In this document: positions 60,219 through 64,000 of the stretch, one piece after another
Numbering within the stretch: position 1 is the stretch's first letter
How the letters are laid out: every line of letters begins with the position of its first letter
Assembly (NCBI GenBank): GCA_020025345.1
Contig: JAHHSH010000001.1
Coordinates: 21,555 to 85,554, forward strand
DNA: 64,000 bases
Reading direction: 5' to 3'
Source of the DNA: Oscillospiraceae bacterium
GTDB taxonomy: Bacteria > Bacillota > Clostridia > Oscillospirales > Oscillospiraceae
Translations under genes and position numbers: made by a program
Notes under the pieces: model-generated
The model's database searches: none
Told to the model about the DNA's origin: nothing
What the model saw: the letters and a program-made list of their open reading frames with translations, nothing else

Positions 60219-60595
60219 AAGCTTTGCGAATTCCCAGTCTCCTGCTGTCCGTTCTCTTCCTGCTGTCACTGCTGAACAGCCTCTTCATCGACCGCAAGTG
60301 CCAGGTCTGGACGGAGGAGGTCTGCGCCGTGGATACGTTGGCATCCCAAGAGGATTGGGCCGAGGCCGAAAAAAAACTGAGCGCCCTTTACCAAAACTGG
60401 CAGGACGCTCAACTCTATTTGCACATAACCGCACACTGTGACTCACTGGATACGGTGGAGGAGCAGTTTCGCTGCTGCGCCGTGCTGCTGTCGCAGCGCG
60501 ACCTATCGCAGCTGCGTCCGGCTCTCACAAGCCTTACCGCACAGCTGCAGTTCCTTGCGGACACAGAGCAGATCCACCCCCGGAACATCTTCTGA
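60215..60595 (+). CDS. DUF4363 family protein
   Basis: N-terminal TM, W..AE and H..LD pattern; ATGA coupling to the DUF421 gene. Confidence 0.8.
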   Translation: MKALRIPSLLLSVLFLLSLLNSLFIDRKCQVWTEEVCAVDTLASQEDWAEAEKKLSALYQNWQDAQLYLHITAHCDSLDTVEEQFRCCAVLLSQRDLSQLRPALTSLTAQLQFLADTEQIHPRNIF

Positions 60596-60597
60596 GC

Positions 60598-61053
60598 TTA
60601 CTTCTCGCTCAGCAGCTTCGTCAGCTCACTCATAAAGGTGTTGATATCCTTAAACTGGCGGTAAACTGAGGCAAAGCGCACATAGGCCACCTCATCTGCC
60701 GACTTCAGCTTTTCCATCACCTTTTCACCGATTGCCTCGGTGCTGACCTCGCGCTCCAGGGAGTTCTGCAGTTCCTGTTCGATCTCACTGGCCATCCGCT
60801 CCATGTCAGCCACCGGCACAGGCCGTTTTTCGCAGGAGCGTTGGATGCCCCGCAGCACCTTACTGCGGTCAAAGCTCTGGCGGCTGCCATCCTTTTTGAT
60901 GACCACCATCGGCAGGCTTTCCACCGTTTCGTAGGTGGTAAATCGTTTTTCACACTGCAGACACTCACGGCGGCGGCGGATGCTGCTGCCCTCGTCAGCG
61001 GGGCGGGAATCCACCACTTTACTCTCCCGGTAACCACAATAAGGACATCTCAT
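60598..61053 (-). CDS. nrdR: Transcriptional repressor NrdR
   Basis: [18 protein letters not shown] cone and [10 protein letters not shown]. Confidence 0.98.
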   Translation of the reverse strand: MRCPYCGYRESKVVDSRPADEGSSIRRRRECLQCEKRFTTYETVESLPMVVIKKDGSRQSFDRSKVLRGIQRSCEKRPVPVADMERMASEIEQELQNSLEREVSTEAIGEKVMEKLKSADEVAYVRFASVYRQFKDINTFMSELTKLLSEK

Positions 61054-61159
61054 CTCTTCTCCACCATTCCTTTCAGTGCGTCAAACGCTTATATTATAAA
61101 TAGTATAGTGTCAGTATACCACGCCGTCGGCAGATGCGATAGAGAAAAATGCAATTTTT

Positions 61160-61645
61160 TTAAATTTCTTCCGTCCACACCGGTTCTCCCGCCTCGTTGA
61201 TGGTGAACACAGCCCAGTTTCGGCCCTCCATCCGCCGCAGCCGAGCCAAACAGAACAGCTCCGCCATAGGGAAAGGCCGCCCCTCCTCCCACGGCAGTGC
61301 CAGCAGATACCCCCTTCCGCGGCGGCAGCAAAGGGCTCCGGTCGGCAGGGCAAGCCTGCCGGGAATTTCCCCCTGTCCCGGCGCATGCCATCCACCGCCG
61401 CCCTTTTCCGCCCGAGCCGTGCGCAGCTGTCCTGCCCGGGAAAGGAGCTGCCGGGAAAGACGACGGTGCAGTGTCCCCGTCTCCGTGACGCCCAGCAGCA
61501 CCTCCCCCTCCGTTCCCTGCAGCGTGATCCGCCAAAGCCCCTGCGTCAATCGAGGCGCTGCCACAGTGAAGAGTGTCTCCCCGGTCTCCATCTCAGCACG
61601 CACCGTTCCTACCTGCTGATCCCTTATAAATAGAGGCAATTCCAT
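61160..61645 (-). CDS. Hypothetical protein
   Basis: GAGG RBS; LALPWEEGRPFPMAELFCLA C-terminal block; no recognised family. Confidence 0.7.
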   Translation of the reverse strand: MELPLFIRDQQVGTVRAEMETGETLFTVAAPRLTQGLWRITLQGTEGEVLLGVTETGTLHRRLSRQLLSRAGQLRTARAEKGGGGWHAPGQGEIPGRLALPTGALCCRRGRGYLLALPWEEGRPFPMAELFCLARLRRMEGRNWAVFTINEAGEPVWTEEI

Positions 61646-61869
61646 TCCTCCGCCCTCCTGTTCTCACATCCGATTTTCTCCGGTTTTCCGTCTTAACGGC
61701 ATATTTTAACAGAAATAACCAAATTTACCCCTCGGTTCCCCCGAAAAAATTGCATTAAGCTCGAAAATTTTTCTTTCATCTTGTAAATCGCCGTGGTATA
61801 ATATATCGGAAACATTTTTGATTATGCCATTTCCAATACTTATTACTTAGATGATATGGGGGCTTCAAC

Positions 61870-63063
61870 ATGGAAAGAAGAGTCGGTACTGTATCAAGAG
61901 GCATCCGCTGCCCGATCGTCCGTGAAGGTGACGACCTTGTTGCAATGACCGTTGAGAGTGTATTGGCCGCTGCGGAGAGTGAAGGCTTCTCCCTGCGCGA
62001 CCGGGACGTAATTGCGCTGACCGAGTCCATTGTGGCACGAGCACAGGGCAACTATGTCTCCGTAGAGGATATTGCCGCCGATGTAAAGGCCAAGCTGGGC
62101 GGCGAGACTGTGGGTGTGATTTTCCCCATCCTCTCCCGTAACCGTTTCGCCATCAATCTGCGCGGCATTGCTATGGGCTGCAAGAAGGTCGTGCTGATGC
62201 TCAGCTATCCCAGCGACGAAGTGGGCAACGCCCTGCTGACACTGGATCAGCTGGATGAGGCTGAAATCAATCCCTACTGCGATGTGCTGACGCTGGAGAA
62301 GTATCGTGAGCTGTTCGGCGAGAACAAGCATGAGTTCACCGGCGTGGACTATGTCCAGTACTACAGCGACATCATCACCGAGGCCGGTGCCGAGGTGGAG
62401 ATCATCTTCGCCAACCAGGCCAAGACCATCCTCGACTACACCGACTGCGTCATCAACTGCGACATCCACACCCGCGCACGCACCAAGCGTATTCTGAAGA
62501 AGGCCGGTGCTAAGGTCGTCTGTGGTCTGGATGATATTATGACTGCGCCTATCAACGGCAGCGGCTTTAACAGCAAGTATGGTCTTCTGGGCTCCAACAA
62601 GTCCACTGAGGACACCATCAAGCTCTTCCCCCGCGAGTGCAAGGATCTGGTACTGGACATCCAGAAGGAGATCCTCCAGCGCACCGGTAAGCACGTAGAA
62701 GTCATGGTCTACGGCGACGGTGCTTTCAAGGATCCTCAGGGCAAGATCTGGGAGCTGGCCGACCCTGTCGTCTCTCCCGCTTACACCGACGGTCTGATCG
62801 GCACGCCCAACGAGCTGAAGCTGAAGTATCTGGCCGACAACGACTTCAAGGATCTGAACGGTGCAGAGCTGCAGGAGGCAATCTCCAAGAGCATCCGCGC
62901 TAAGAGTGACAATCTGGTGGGCAACATGGCCTCTCAGGGTACCACTCCCCGCCAGCTCACCGACCTGATCGGTTCTCTGTGCGACCTGACCTCCGGTTCC
63001 GGTGATAAGGGTACGCCCATGATCCTCATTCAGGGTTACTTCGACAACTTCACCAACGAATAA
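61870..63063 (+). CDS. Coenzyme F420-0:L-glutamate ligase-like (CofE family) protein
   Basis: GIRCPIVREGDDL, TESIVARAQ and DLTSGSGDKGTP. Confidence 0.85.
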   Translation: MERRVGTVSRGIRCPIVREGDDLVAMTVESVLAAAESEGFSLRDRDVIALTESIVARAQGNYVSVEDIAADVKAKLGGETVGVIFPILSRNRFAINLRGIAMGCKKVVLMLSYPSDEVGNALLTLDQLDEAEINPYCDVLTLEKYRELFGENKHEFTGVDYVQYYSDIITEAGAEVEIIFANQAKTILDYTDCVINCDIHTRARTKRILKKAGAKVVCGLDDIMTAPINGSGFNSKYGLLGSNKSTEDTIKLFPRECKDLVLDIQKEILQRTGKHVEVMVYGDGAFKDPQGKIWELADPVVSPAYTDGLIGTPNELKLKYLADNDFKDLNGAELQEAISKSIRAKSDNLVGNMASQGTTPRQLTDLIGSLCDLTSGSGDKGTPMILIQGYFDNFTNE

Positions 63064-63125
63064 TCTCGGTATTGCAAAAGGACACGTCTTTAGCCGAGGT
63101 GCGATAACGAAGTATTTATATTTAT

Positions 63126-63166
63126 GTAGAGTGGCGGCACAGCTTTTCGCTGTGCCGCCACTCTAC
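63126..63166. terminator. 18-bp hairpin at the core/island boundary
   Basis: GTAGAGTGGCGGCACAGC-ttttc-GCTGTGCCGCCACTCTAC. Confidence 0.75.
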
Positions 63167-63338
63167 GCTTTAGGTATATTTGTTCTTTTGCCAACGCTCT
63201 TTTCTTCCATCCTCTTCCATTAAACAGGGAACGCCTATGGCACCTGGTTCAGCAATAGTATATAACAACATCAATCCATTCAGATGTTATTTCTTCAATC
63301 CCCTTAAATTTCGACATTTTATTTCCTTCTATCTATTT

Positions 63339-63542
63339 TCACTCGTTATTTTGTTCAGCAGGGATATCTAACTCTTTGCTTAAATCATTAAATCGCGCCA
63401 GCCGCTTGTTAGCGTTATGCAGACGATTATTTCGGCAATAATCGCAACTGCCGTGATTACGGCACATTTTACAATATACTTCTACGCCACGATACTGTTT
63501 TCTTCGTTCTTTTCCGGAATTTATGCTTTTATCAAGACTCAT
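63339..63542 (-). CDS. Small basic Cys-rich protein (CRNHGSC motif)
   Basis: GGAGGAGG RBS; MSLDKSINSGKERRKQYRG...CKMCRNHGSCDYCRNNRLH; AT-rich. Confidence 0.75.
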   Translation of the reverse strand: MSLDKSINSGKERRKQYRGVEVYCKMCRNHGSCDYCRNNRLHNANKRLARFNDLSKELDIPAEQNNE

Positions 63543-63859
63543 TATGTTGTGCCTCCTCCCGGCAACTGGTTTATTCATTGTATGGCCTGTTGTCAAGTTA
63601 TTTTTCCAAATAGCAGAGGAAATATAGCAAACCGGGGAAGCATCCCCCGGTTTGCTATATTTACCTTGTGAAAGCTACTTCGCCTAGCCCTGAACTTCTG
63701 GCGTCTGCCGCCTTATACACTCCAAAATATCTTTATTGCACTCTCTATTATACATCATTCCTGTGCTTCGTCAAGATAAAAATATAAGAATTTTGGTTTT
63801 TATTGCATTTTAGTAACGACTGTAGTATTATTACAAAAAATATGATTGAGGATGTAGTT

Positions 63860-64000
63860 ATGTTTAAATACAATCTTTCCGTAAGTATGAGTGATGCAAA
63901 CCTAAGTATAACTAACGACATAAGGGAATTAATAATTCTCGCAGCTGATGAAGCAAATTCTCGCAGAAATGCTTCCCGAAAAGGCAGGGTATTTCAAATA
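63860..64000 (+). CDS. AT-rich hypothetical protein, runs off the window end
   Basis: GAGG RBS; ATG with an open frame to the edge (MFKYNLSVSMSDANL...); TTGCAT-N17-TATTAT promoter at 63803-63831. Confidence 0.6.
   Translation, partial: MFKYNLSVSMSDANLSITNDIRELIILAADEANSRRNASRKGRVFQI

Overview
A 64-kb, mostly GC-rich chromosomal segment from an anaerobic, probably spore-forming clostridium. Gene content and codon style suggest Oscillospiraceae; this is inferred, not confirmed by search. The left half is housekeeping: der-plsY; the pyrH-frr-uppS-cdsA-dxr-rseP-ispG-polC operon; alaS with an Ala T-box; mltG-U32 peptidase; and tmk. The middle holds a PdxR/MocR-type vitamin B6 locus, a crt-hbd-bcd-etfB-etfA butyryl-CoA operon, a flavodiiron protein with two rubredoxin domains, and infC(ATT start)-rpmI-rplT with an L20 leader. 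The right half holds a full lysine-fermentation locus: kamB-kamC, then kal-kce-kdd-kamA-kamD-kamE-cobO, then a two-subunit CoA transferase. The best signal is a lysine riboswitch in front of kal whose P1 3' strand is also the 5' arm of the terminator, so it is predicted to switch transcription ON when lysine is bound. Also present are two small ORFs with sporulation-type promoters that the ORF track does not call at their true starts, three decayed gene remnants, a small family of related palindromes, and an AT-rich island starting at the right edge with a candidate small RNA. No rRNA, tRNA, CRISPR array, integrase or transposase was recognised. No database searches could be run, so all family calls come from motif recognition.
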